Assembly: GCA_965223415.1 (NCBI GenBank) | Contig: OZ245002.1 | Coordinates: 1,344,001 to 1,408,000 of the forward strand | DNA from: Myxococcota bacterium | GTDB lineage: Bacteria; Myxococcota_A; UBA9160; UBA6930 | DNA: 64,000 nucleotides | Direction of reading: 5' to 3' | In this document: piece by piece, positions 28,091 through 36,778 of the stretch | Position numbering within the stretch: position 1 is the first letter of the stretch | Layout of the letters: the number at the start of each line of letters is the position of its first letter | The notes under the pieces: model-generated | What the model was told of the DNA's origin: nothing | Databases searched by the model: none | The model's input: the letters and a program-made list of their open reading frames with translations, nothing else | Translations under genes and position numbers: made by a program

Positions 28091-29194
28091 GTGGAGCCGC
28101 TGACCCAGGCCCTGCTCGGTGCGTCCGTCGCCCGGGTCGCGAGCCCGGAGCTCGGGCGGCGCGCCCTCGTGTGGGGAGCGCTCGTCGGCATGGCGCCGGA
28201 CCTCGATGTGCTCCTCGCCCCGCTCCACGGCGGCTACGGCGAGCTGCTCTACCACCGGGGCACGACCCACTCACTCTGGTTCGGTCCGGCGGTGGGGCCG
28301 CTGGTCGCCTGGCTACTGTGGCGATGGCGGGATCCGGAGCGGACGACGGCGCTCCGCGCCTGGGTGAAGGTGTGCGTGCTGGCGCTCTTCACCCATCCGC
28401 TGCTCGATCTGTTCACGCCCTACGGCACGCAGCTGCTGGCGCCTTTCTCGCGGGCGCGCTTCGCCGTGCACGGCGTCGGCATCATCGATCCGTTCTACAC
28501 GGGCATCCTCGCGTTCGGCCTGCTGGCGCCGCGGGGCTTCGGCTTCGTCCAGGCGGCGCCTCGGCGGGTCGCCTGGGCACTCGCGCTCGGGGCGATCTAC
28601 CTGATGGGAGGCGTGGCGCTCAACGAGCTGGCGCGCAGCGACGCGGCACGCGCCCTCGGTGCACGGCGCGCGGAGGTTCGCGTCTATCCCACCCTGCTCC
28701 AGCCGCTGATGCGGAGGGTGGTCGCGCGTCAGGACGGCACGGTCTGGGTCGGCTGGCACACGACGCTCGCGATGGGCTGCCCCTTCGGCGAGCGCTTCCC
28801 CGAGCCGCCCTCGAGTGCGGAGGCGGGCGAGCTCCGGGACACCTGGGAAGGCCGGCTGATGCGCTGGTTCGCCTTGGACGACGTCGTCGTCCACACCACC
28901 CGCCTGCCCGACGGGAGCGCCCTCGTGGAGATGGAGGACCTCCGCTACGGGATGCCCGGCCAGCCGCCGTCGCGCAGCATGTGGGGCGTGCGAGCGCGCT
29001 ACGACGCGGCGGGCCGGCGCACCGGCCCGGTCGAGCGCTTCCGGCGTCCGCGGGCCGAAGGGACGAGCCTCGCCGTGCTGGGCGAGCTCACCCTCGGCCG
29101 CTTCGCCCGCAGCGGGCTCACTGGACAGCTCGCCGGCAGCTGCGCCGGCACCGTGGAAGCGGACGCCTTGCCTGTGCCACCCTCGCGCTCATGA
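28091..29194 (+). CDS. Membrane-bound metal-dependent hydrolase (YdjM/LexA-regulated family)
   Basis: MEPLTQALLG, APDLDV, HRGTTHSL, THPLLDLFTPYGTQLLAPFS; AGGAGG RBS. Confidence 0.9.
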   Translation: MEPLTQALLGASVARVASPELGRRALVWGALVGMAPDLDVLLAPLHGGYGELLYHRGTTHSLWFGPAVGPLVAWLLWRWRDPERTTALRAWVKVCVLALFTHPLLDLFTPYGTQLLAPFSRARFAVHGVGIIDPFYTGILAFGLLAPRGFGFVQAAPRRVAWALALGAIYLMGGVALNELARSDAARALGARRAEVRVYPTLLQPLMRRVVARQDGTVWVGWHTTLAMGCPFGERFPEPPSSAEAGELRDTWEGRLMRWFALDDVVVHTTRLPDGSALVEMEDLRYGMPGQPPSRSMWGVRARYDAAGRRTGPVERFRRPRAEGTSLAVLGELTLGRFARSGLTGQLAGSCAGTVEADALPVPPSRS

Positions 29195-30420
29195 CGCGAA
29201 CGGGCGAGCGCGACCGGGCGCTCCGGGAGCGTGCGCGACGGGTGATCCCCGGCGGCATGTACGGCCACCAGTCGACGGGTCCCCTGCCCGACGGGTTCCC
29301 CCAGTTCTTCTCCCGCGCCGAGGGCTGCCGGCTGTGGGACGCGGACGGCAACGAGCTCGTCGACCTGATGTGCGCCTACGGTCCGATGCTGCTCGGCTAC
29401 GGCCACCCGAAGGTCGAGGCCGCGGCGGCCGAGCAGGCCCGGCTCGGCGACACCATGACCGGGCCCCACGAGATCCTGGTCGACCTGGCGGAGCGCTTCG
29501 TCGCGACGGTCGAGCACGCCGACTGGGCGGTGTTTTGCAAGAACGGCACGGACGCGACCAGTGCCTGCGTCGCGATCGCGCGGGCGGCGACGGGACGGCG
29601 GGTGCTGCTCGTGGCCGAGGGCGCCTACCACGGCGCCGCGCCCTGGTGCACGCCCTTCCCCGCCGGCACCGTGGAGGAGGCGCGCGCTCACCAGATCGAG
29701 TTCACCTACGGCGACGCGGAGAGCCTCGCCGGGGCCGTCGATCAGGCGGGAGACGATCTGGCCGCGGTGCTCGTGAGCCCGTTCCGCCACGACGCCCTGC
29801 ACGACCAGAGCGAGCCGGACGCGGCCTTCGCCCGGCAGGTGCGCGCCGTGTGCGACGAGCGCGACGCCCTGCTGATCCTCGACGACGTGCGCGCCGGCCT
29901 GCGGCTCTCCTTCGGCGGCAGCTGGACGCCGCTCGGCGTGGAGCCGGACCTCAGCGCCTGGGGAAAGGCCATCGCGAACGGGCATGCGCTCTCGGCGCTC
30001 ACCGGCGGCGAGCGCTGTCGCGAGGCGGCGCGCAAGGTCTACCTGACGGGCTCCTTCTGGTTCCAGGCGGTACCGATGGCCGCGGCCCTGGCGACCCTGG
30101 ACGAGCTCTCCCGCGAGCCCTACGTGGAGCATCTGGTGGCGATGGGCACGAAGCTGCGCCGCGGCTGGGCCGTGCAGGCGGAGCGCCACGGCGTCGGCAT
30201 TCGCCAGACCGGGCCCGTCCAGATGCCGATGGTGCTGTTCGACGAAGACCGGCGCTTCCGCAAGGGCTACCGCTGGGTGAGCGAGGCGCTGAACCGTGGC
30301 GCCTATCTCCACCCCTGGCACAACATGTTCCTCAGCACGGCCCATCGGGAGCAGGACATCGAGCGCGTGCTCGCGGCCACCGAGCCGGCCTTCGCTGCAG
30401 TGGCGAGGGAGGAGCCGTGA
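29191..30420 (+). CDS. Class III aminotransferase (glutamate-1-semialdehyde aminomutase-like)
   Basis: VIPGGMYGH, DLMCAYGP, KNGTDAT, YHG, DDVRAGLR, WGKAIANG; ATGA overlap with the upstream gene. Confidence 0.9.
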   Translation: MTRTGERDRALRERARRVIPGGMYGHQSTGPLPDGFPQFFSRAEGCRLWDADGNELVDLMCAYGPMLLGYGHPKVEAAAAEQARLGDTMTGPHEILVDLAERFVATVEHADWAVFCKNGTDATSACVAIARAATGRRVLLVAEGAYHGAAPWCTPFPAGTVEEARAHQIEFTYGDAESLAGAVDQAGDDLAAVLVSPFRHDALHDQSEPDAAFARQVRAVCDERDALLILDDVRAGLRLSFGGSWTPLGVEPDLSAWGKAIANGHALSALTGGERCREAARKVYLTGSFWFQAVPMAAALATLDELSREPYVEHLVAMGTKLRRGWAVQAERHGVGIRQTGPVQMPMVLFDEDRRFRKGYRWVSEALNRGAYLHPWHNMFLSTAHREQDIERVLAATEPAFAAVAREEP

Positions 30421-31472
30421 GCGGCCTGCGCGATCGACTGCTGGGTGCCTGGCAGGGGCGCATCTCCGGCTGTCAGCTCGGCAAGCCGGTGGAGCTCCTG
30501 GTGCACGTCGAGGGACAGGAGGGCCTGACTTCCTATCTCGAGGGCGCCGGCGCCCTGCCCCTGCGCGACTACGTGCCACTCGTCGAGGACAGCGTGGTCG
30601 ACCGGACCGCGCGCGCTTCGTGCAAGGGCCAGCTCACCCGCAGCGAGCCCGACGACGACATCAACTACACCGTGCTCGCCCTGCTCCTGCTCGAAGAGCA
30701 CGGGCTCGCGCTGGACACCACCGCGGTCGGGCGCGCCTGGCTCCGCCTGCTGCCGGTCGGCGCCACCTTCACGGCCGAGCGCGCGGCCTACCGGACCCTT
30801 CTGGAGCGCGGCCACGAGTACTTCGCCCTCGGCGCGCCGCCGGGCTTCGACCTGGCGGAGTGCTCCGACCACGAGTGGAACGACTGGATCGGCGCGCAGA
30901 TTCGCGCGGACCTCTACGGCTGGGTGTGCCCGGGCCGGCCGGAGCTGGCGGCGGACCTCGCGCGCCGCGACGCCGCGCTCTCCCATCGCGGCGACGGCAT
31001 CCACGGTGCGGCCTTCGTCGCGGCAGCGGGTGCGGCGATTCCGGCGGCGGCGTCTCTCGAAGCGGCCGTCGAGCGCGCGCTGGCGGAGATCCCCGCCGAT
31101 TCCCGCGCGGCGGAGGCCGTGCGTCTCGGCCGCGAGCTGGCCGGGCACGGCGACGGCGGCGGCCGCATCCGCGAGCGCTACGCGGACCTCCCGGTGGTCC
31201 ACACCGTGAACAACCTCGCCCTCGTCGTGTGGTCGCTCCTGGGCCACCCCGACGATTTCGGCGCCGCCATCGGTGACGTGGTGGCCGCCGGCCTCGACAC
31301 CGACTGCAACGGCGCCACCGTCGGAGGCCTCTGGGGCCTCCAGGGCAAGCCCATCCCCGAGGCCTGGACGGCCCCCTGGGCCGGCCGTGTCGCCGTCCAG
31401 CTCGCCGGCCACGGCGAGCTCACCGTGGGCGACCTCGTCGCCCGCACCACCCACCTCGCCGAGACCCTCTGA
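30417..31472 (+). CDS. ADP-ribosylglycohydrolase family protein
   Basis: GCQLGKPVE, PDDDINYT, WIGAQIRADLYG, GLDTDCNGAT; GTGA overlap. Confidence 0.9.
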   Translation: MSGLRDRLLGAWQGRISGCQLGKPVELLVHVEGQEGLTSYLEGAGALPLRDYVPLVEDSVVDRTARASCKGQLTRSEPDDDINYTVLALLLLEEHGLALDTTAVGRAWLRLLPVGATFTAERAAYRTLLERGHEYFALGAPPGFDLAECSDHEWNDWIGAQIRADLYGWVCPGRPELAADLARRDAALSHRGDGIHGAAFVAAAGAAIPAAASLEAAVERALAEIPADSRAAEAVRLGRELAGHGDGGGRIRERYADLPVVHTVNNLALVVWSLLGHPDDFGAAIGDVVAAGLDTDCNGATVGGLWGLQGKPIPEAWTAPWAGRVAVQLAGHGELTVGDLVARTTHLAETL

Positions 31473-31473
31473 A

Positions 31474-31551
31474 AACGCAAGAGTGGGGACGTTCCTTGCA
31501 TCTTGCGCTCTTAAGAGCGCAAGATGCAAGGAACGTCCCCACTCTTGCGTT
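31474..31551. repeat. 78-bp perfect palindrome, family A (copy 3, different arms)
   Basis: AACGCAAGAGTGGGGACGTTCCTTGCATCTTGCGCTCTT followed directly by its reverse complement; shares the GGGGACGTTCCT core. Confidence 0.93.
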
Positions 31552-32420
31552 CAGCGGTTGGCGAGGGTGGAGTCCTTGAGCTGGCGGCGGGTGAGGTCGC
31601 CCATGCCCTTGGTGTCGAGGAGATCGGGGCGGACGGCGGCGATGGGATCGCGGGTGTCGTCGATGTAGCCCAGGGCGTAGGCGCCGCGGGCGTAGCCCAT
31701 CAGCCGGAGGAGATCCTTTGGGAGGGTGGCGGCGATCTCGCGGGGCACCGTCAGGTACTGGTTCTCCTCCTGGCGGAGGAAGCCCACGACGTAGGTGAGG
31801 TTGACGCCGATGCGCACGTCCTGGCTGCGGTTGGGGCCGCCGCCGTGGTAGACCGAGCCGGTGTAGAAGAGGACCGAGCCCGCCTCCATCTCCGCCGGCT
31901 CCGTGTCCTCGAGCCGGTAGCGGAGCTTGTCCTCGTGGAGGTGCGAGCCCGGGATCACGCGGGTGGCGCCGTTCTCCTCGTTGAAGTCGGTGAGTGCCCA
32001 GATGGTGTTGCACTGCACCTCGTAGCCCTTCGGGAAGGGGAAGAAGTCGAAGGCCCACTGGTCGCGGTGCACGTCCTGGGCCTTCTCGCCGGGCCCGATG
32101 GCGATCACCTGGGTCAGGTGGAGCTGGTAGTTGGTGACGTGGCCGAGCACCCGGTCGGCGGTGCCGAGCACCAGCGGGTGCCGGATCCACTCCCGGGCCT
32201 GCTCCGAGCGCGCGATCAGCGCGCCGGTGCGCCGCGTGGAACGGCCGGTGAAGCCGTCGACGCCCGGCGCCGTCGCTTCCAGATGCGGCCCGATCTCCTC
32301 CCGGAAGCGGGCGAGCTCCTCGGGCGCCGCGACGCCGTCGACGACCACGGCACCGTCCCGGGCCAGGAGCTGGGCAACGCGATCGGGACCGTCCTCGGGC
32401 TTCAGGTGTTCCACCGGCAT
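31551..32420 (-). CDS. PhyH-family 2OG-Fe(II) dioxygenase
   Basis: QDVHRD, ENGATRVIPGSH, YHGGGPN, LRQEENQYL. Confidence 0.93.
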   Translation of the reverse strand: MPVEHLKPEDGPDRVAQLLARDGAVVVDGVAAPEELARFREEIGPHLEATAPGVDGFTGRSTRRTGALIARSEQAREWIRHPLVLGTADRVLGHVTNYQLHLTQVIAIGPGEKAQDVHRDQWAFDFFPFPKGYEVQCNTIWALTDFNEENGATRVIPGSHLHEDKLRYRLEDTEPAEMEAGSVLFYTGSVYHGGGPNRSQDVRIGVNLTYVVGFLRQEENQYLTVPREIAATLPKDLLRLMGYARGAYALGYIDDTRDPIAAVRPDLLDTKGMGDLTRRQLKDSTLANR

Positions 32421-32433
32421 GGCTCCGAGCGTA

Positions 32434-33435
32434 TCACCCCTCCAGGGCCGCGCGCAGCGCAGGGTCCGCCGCCTTCGCCTCGCGCAGCCGAGCGGTGCCG
32501 CGAGCCACGGTGGGGTGGGTGTGATCGGTGATCGCCTGGCGGTAGCTCGGCCGCTCGCGCAGCCGATCCCAGTACGCGGTGACGGCGGGCCGCTTCCCCT
32601 CCCCGAGGAAGACGCGGACCCCGTCCGCTTCGACCAGGCGCTCGAAGATCACGACCCAGCTCACGTCCGCCAGGCTGAAGGCGTCGCCCAGGATCCACGG
32701 CCCGCCGCTCGCCTCGAGCTGGGCCTCCAGGCGATCGAGGTGCTCGTGCATGTGCGCGCGACTGCGCGCCACCGCCTGCATTGCGGGCCCGAGCGTCGAG
32801 AGCTTCGCGAGGCCGCGGGCCTTGAGGGCCAGGAAGATCAGTGGCCGGCGACGGTCGATGTGGAAGAGCAGTCCCTCGAGGATCTTCGTGTAGGGGATGT
32901 CTTCGATCATCGCGGCGAAGAGCGGAACGGTCAGCCCCGGGATGGCGTTTCCGGCGCTGCGATCCGATTCCGCCATCGGATCGCCGGTGAGCGAGGAGCA
33001 GTCGATCCAGGTCTGCATCGTCTCGCGAAGGGCCGGATCCTCCGGCACGAGCTTCGGGCTCGAGTCCGGCGCGTGATCCGCCGCGTAGCGGATCTGCTCG
33101 TGGGACTCGTAGATCGGATGGCCCTTGTGCACGAGCACCGGCACGGTTCCGGCGGGGTTCACCGCCAGGAAGCGCCGCGAGATGTTCTCGTAGGCTCCGG
33201 TCTCGATCAGGTCCACCGGATGGCTCCGGTAGGAGAGCCCCAGCTCGGCCATGCACACCCGCACCTTCTTCGAGCAGAGGGAGAGCGCGTTGTGGTAGAG
33301 CTCGAACTCCTCCTCGTAGGGAATCCGCAGGTCGGGCTGGAGCCCGGCGGACACCGCGTGGGTCTTCCGATGGGCCTTCTCCGAGGCCCACCAGGCGACG
33401 ACGACAACGAAGGCGAGAAGAGCGGCTCCGAGCAC
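32434..33435 (-). CDS. Glutathione S-transferase (GDAP1-like) with N-terminal membrane anchor
   Basis: SLCSKKVR, NPAGTVPVL, YESHE, FSLADV; hydrophobic N-terminus. Confidence 0.88.
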   Translation of the reverse strand: MLGAALLAFVVVVAWWASEKAHRKTHAVSAGLQPDLRIPYEEEFELYHNALSLCSKKVRVCMAELGLSYRSHPVDLIETGAYENISRRFLAVNPAGTVPVLVHKGHPIYESHEQIRYAADHAPDSSPKLVPEDPALRETMQTWIDCSSLTGDPMAESDRSAGNAIPGLTVPLFAAMIEDIPYTKILEGLLFHIDRRRPLIFLALKARGLAKLSTLGPAMQAVARSRAHMHEHLDRLEAQLEASGGPWILGDAFSLADVSWVVIFERLVEADGVRVFLGEGKRPAVTAYWDRLRERPSYRQAITDHTHPTVARGTARLREAKAADPALRAALEG

Positions 33436-33589
33436 GTATGCCCCTTCCGTCCGGATCCTACCGCGATGAAGGACCGGCCGCGCGGGAAACCGTTCGGCTG
33501 GCGCCGGTGTCCTCGCCGATGAGGGGACATCCAGGCGGGAGATGCACGATGGCGAACGCGACGCGTCGCGGGTTCGGGGACGCCGCTCG

Positions 33590-34807
33590 CTAGGGCAGCA
33601 CCTTCTCGGGCAGCGGGTGCCGGTACAGCTTCGCGGCGTTCTCGCAGCAGATCGCGCGGATCTCGTCCGGCGGGAGGTCTCCCAGGGTCTGGTGGATCAC
33701 GTCCTGGGTGTCCGGCCAGGTGCCGTCGCCGTGGGGATAGTCGGATTCGAAGAGGATGTTCTCGACGCCGATCGAGTGGCGGGTGACGACCGTCGACGGG
33801 TCGTCGATCATGCAGAACCAGAAGTTGCGGAGCAGCACCTCCGACGGGCGGGTCTTCGGATCCGGCCACCCCTGGCCATAGCCGGAGCGGCTCATGATGT
33901 TGTCGAGGCGGTCCTTCAGGCAGGCGACCCAGCCGATGCCGCCCTCGCTCATGGCGATCTTGAGCTCCGGGTACTTCGCGGGCCAACCGCTCCACAGCCA
34001 CTCGGCGCAGGAGCCGAGGGCCATGGGGCCGAACTGGGTCGCGCCGAGCTCGAGCATGGGCGCTCCGGCGGGCATCTGGGCAAAACCCGAGGAGCCCACG
34101 TGCAGGTTGAGCACGGTGTCGGTCTCGGCGCAGGCGCGGATGATCGGCTCCCAGTGCGGGTCGAACACCGAGGGCAGGCCCTGGCGGTGGGGCTGCTCGG
34201 GCATGGTCACGGCGGTGAAGCCACGCTTCGCGTTGCGGCGGATCTCCTCCGCGCCCAGCTCGGCGTCCGAGAGATAGGTGATGCCGAGGGGCACGATGCG
34301 CTCCGGGTAGGAGCCGTGCCACTCCTCGAAGAGCCAGTCGTTCCAGGCGCGCACGCAGGCGAGACCGAACTCCTGGTCCTTGAACTCGGAGAAGAGGTGA
34401 CCGCCGAAGCCGGTCACGCCGGAGGGGAAGTTCACCGATCCCCAGCAGCCGTTGATATCCATGTCCTTGATGCGTTCGTGGATGTCGAAGCAGCCCGGGC
34501 GCAGCTCGTCGTAGCGGGCGGGCTCGACACGATGGTCCTCCCTGGGCCGCCCGGCCACGCACATGAAGCCCACCTGGAAGTAGGGCGTGTCGTCGATCAT
34601 CCAGACCTCGTGCCCTTCCTCGGTCTCCACGACGCGCGGGGCCCGGTCCTCGAACTTGCGCGGCATGCGCCCCTCGAAGGTGTGCTTCGGCTCCATCAGG
34701 TGATCGTCGACGGAGATCAGCGTGTAGCGGACGTCCCGGGGCTCCGGATCCGGAAGCAGCGGACGCGTCACGGGCCGCTTGATGCCGAGCTTGATGACGG
34801 AAGGCAT
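33590..34807 (-). CDS. Amidohydrolase family 2 protein
   Basis: ISVDDHLMEP, LNLHVGS, SEGGIGW, FESDYPHGD; CAGGAG RBS. Confidence 0.93.
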   Translation of the reverse strand: MPSVIKLGIKRPVTRPLLPDPEPRDVRYTLISVDDHLMEPKHTFEGRMPRKFEDRAPRVVETEEGHEVWMIDDTPYFQVGFMCVAGRPREDHRVEPARYDELRPGCFDIHERIKDMDINGCWGSVNFPSGVTGFGGHLFSEFKDQEFGLACVRAWNDWLFEEWHGSYPERIVPLGITYLSDAELGAEEIRRNAKRGFTAVTMPEQPHRQGLPSVFDPHWEPIIRACAETDTVLNLHVGSSGFAQMPAGAPMLELGATQFGPMALGSCAEWLWSGWPAKYPELKIAMSEGGIGWVACLKDRLDNIMSRSGYGQGWPDPKTRPSEVLLRNFWFCMIDDPSTVVTRHSIGVENILFESDYPHGDGTWPDTQDVIHQTLGDLPPDEIRAICCENAAKLYRHPLPEKVLP

Positions 34808-34829
34808 GGGGTTCTCCTGGCTGGGAGGT

Positions 34830-35489
34830 TCAGTGTGGCGCAGCCCGCAGGGCAATGCCGTCGACCAGGGCGCCGACGATGTAGGCGAAGTAGGCGTCGA
34901 AGCCCTCTCGCAGGGGCTCGCGGTTGAGCGAGAGCCAGACGTCGGCCGCGTCCCCGGAGAGATGCTCCGCCACGCTGCGGAGGTAGCGCTGGATCTTGGC
35001 GGGTGGGCTCTCCACGGCGAGCGCCTGGCTCTGCGCGATCGCGGTGACCTCGTGGAGGAGCCCCTGGGCGGCGTAGAGGAGCGGCGGACCGACGAGGCCG
35101 GACTCGGCCAGCACCTCCACCAACAGGCCGTTCGCCCGGGCGTTGAACGGCGTCGTCCACGGCGAGCCGGCGACCTGGAGCCCCAGCTCCGGATGGCTGC
35201 GGAGCTGGTCGTGGATGGCCGTACACAGGGTGAGGGTGCGCTCCTGCCAGCTCCCGACGGCCGGCACGTCGAGCGCCACGGCCTCGGCGGCGGCCCGGGC
35301 GACCTCCGCCAACAGCTCGTCCTTGTTGCGGAAATGCCAGTAGAGGGCGGCCGGGTCGACGCCCAGGGCAGCCGCCACCCGCCGCATCGAGAGAGCGCGC
35401 TCCCCCCCCTCCCGGGCCAGCTCGAGGGCGGCCTCCACGATCCGGGTCCGGTCCAGGTGACGGGAGTGGCCACGGCCGCGCGGGGGCAT
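34830..35489 (-). CDS. TetR-family regulator (TetR_C type)
   Basis: LSMRRVAAALGVDPAALYWHFRNKDEL HTH. Confidence 0.94.
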   Translation of the reverse strand: MPPRGRGHSRHLDRTRIVEAALELAREGGERALSMRRVAAALGVDPAALYWHFRNKDELLAEVARAAAEAVALDVPAVGSWQERTLTLCTAIHDQLRSHPELGLQVAGSPWTTPFNARANGLLVEVLAESGLVGPPLLYAAQGLLHEVTAIAQSQALAVESPPAKIQRYLRSVAEHLSGDAADVWLSLNREPLREGFDAYFAYIVGALVDGIALRAAPH

Positions 35490-35495
35490 GCCCTC

Positions 35496-35525
35496 AACTT
35501 AATTCAACACTGTTGATTTCGTCAA
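35496..35525 (-). promoter_or_regulatory. Sigma70-type promoter of tetR with a palindromic operator in the spacer
   Basis: TTGACG-18nt-TAAGTT-6nt-ATG; palindrome TCAACA-C-TGTTGA at 35504-35516. Confidence 0.75.
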
Positions 35526-35580
35526 GGACCGGTGCTACCTCCTGCGGCCGAGGCCACAAGGAACCACCAGGAGGACCTCC

Positions 35581-36771
35581 GTGACGCTCTTCGACGGCGC
35601 CATGCACGACGCCGACAACCACTACTACGAGCCCGACGACTGCTTCACCCGCCACATCGAGGCCGAGTACCGGGACCGCACGGTCTGGCTCGACCGCAAG
35701 GAGCCGGGCACGCCGGCGCGGATGTACGTGGGCGACGAGCGCTGCAGGTTCTTCAGCGTGGGCACGGGGGACAGCGTGGGCCCGCCGGGCATCATGAAGG
35801 AGTTCCTGCGCGGCACCAGCGACGAGGGCGGCAGCCCGAGCCTCTCGCCGACGAACGCTCTCGCGGTCCCGGAGTACGTCGACCGAGCAGCGCGCCTAGC
35901 CAAGATGGACGCGCAGCGAATCGAGAAGACCTTGATGCTCCCCACGACCGGCGTCGGCGTGGGCGTGCAGCTCGCGGAGCCGAAGCATCGGGAGGTGCTG
36001 TATCCGTCGCTGCGCGCCTTCAATCGATGGCTCGAGGAGGACTGGGGCTACGACGACGGACGCATCTACGGCGCGCCGCTGATCGCCCTCGAGGACGTGG
36101 AGCAGGGCGTGGAGGAGCTGGAGCGGGTCGTCGCCCTGGGCGCGCGCTTCGTGTGCCTGATGGCGGGGCCGATCGACGGCAAGTCGCCGGGCGAGCCGGT
36201 TCTCGATCCCTTCTGGGCCCGCTGCGAGGAGGCGGGCGTGAACGTGGTCTTCCACATCGGGTCCACCTCGGTGCAGCCCGCCTACAACCGGGTCTGGGGC
36301 CTGCGGCCGGTGCCGCCCTCCCACCGCAACTCGGTGATGGAGTACGTGCTCTCGTTCACCGACCGCCCGGTGGTCGACACGGTCGCCGCGCTTGTCGCCG
36401 ACAACGTGTTCGGTCGTTTCCCGGAGCTTCGGGTGCTCTCGGTCGAGTACGGCTCCGCGTGGGTGGCGCCGCTCAAGACGAAGCTCCACCACATCGCCCG
36501 GCTCTACAGCAAGGACCTGTGGCGCTTCGGCGCCCCGCCGGACGGCACCGACGCGATCTTCGAGAGGAACCTCTTCGTCTCGCCGTTCTTCGAGGACGAC
36601 GTCCCCGCCCTCGCTGCGCTGATCGGCCCTACGCAGGTCCTCGCCGGCTCGGACTATCCCCACCCGGAAGGCCTGGCCGAGCCCCAGGAGTTCGCCGAAG
36701 AGCTCGAGGGCCTCCCCGCCGACCAGGTCCGCATGGTCATGCGCGACAACTTCGACCGTCTGGTCGCCTGA
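35581..36771 (+). CDS. Amidohydrolase family 2 protein
   Basis: HDADNHYYE, VFHIGS, SVEYG, GSDYPHPEG; AGGAGG RBS. Confidence 0.93.
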   Translation: MTLFDGAMHDADNHYYEPDDCFTRHIEAEYRDRTVWLDRKEPGTPARMYVGDERCRFFSVGTGDSVGPPGIMKEFLRGTSDEGGSPSLSPTNALAVPEYVDRAARLAKMDAQRIEKTLMLPTTGVGVGVQLAEPKHREVLYPSLRAFNRWLEEDWGYDDGRIYGAPLIALEDVEQGVEELERVVALGARFVCLMAGPIDGKSPGEPVLDPFWARCEEAGVNVVFHIGSTSVQPAYNRVWGLRPVPPSHRNSVMEYVLSFTDRPVVDTVAALVADNVFGRFPELRVLSVEYGSAWVAPLKTKLHHIARLYSKDLWRFGAPPDGTDAIFERNLFVSPFFEDDVPALAALIGPTQVLAGSDYPHPEGLAEPQEFAEELEGLPADQVRMVMRDNFDRLVA

Positions 36772-36778
36772 ACGCCGC

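Noticed and set aside
27542..28270. 242-aa ORF as intact ATP synthase subunit a
   Set aside because: Only the last about 45 aa resemble subunit a; the rest is non-hydrophobic and overlaps the YdjM-like gene.
12544..31551. CRISPR array or simple rho-independent terminators
   Set aside because: Repeats are dispersed inverted pairs with no spacer array or cas genes; one copy lies between divergent genes and none has a U-tract.
33557..33570. 14-bp palindrome CGCGACGCGTCGCG downstream of the amidohydrolase
   Set aside because: Could be a terminator stem but has no U-tract, and such GC palindromes arise easily by chance here.
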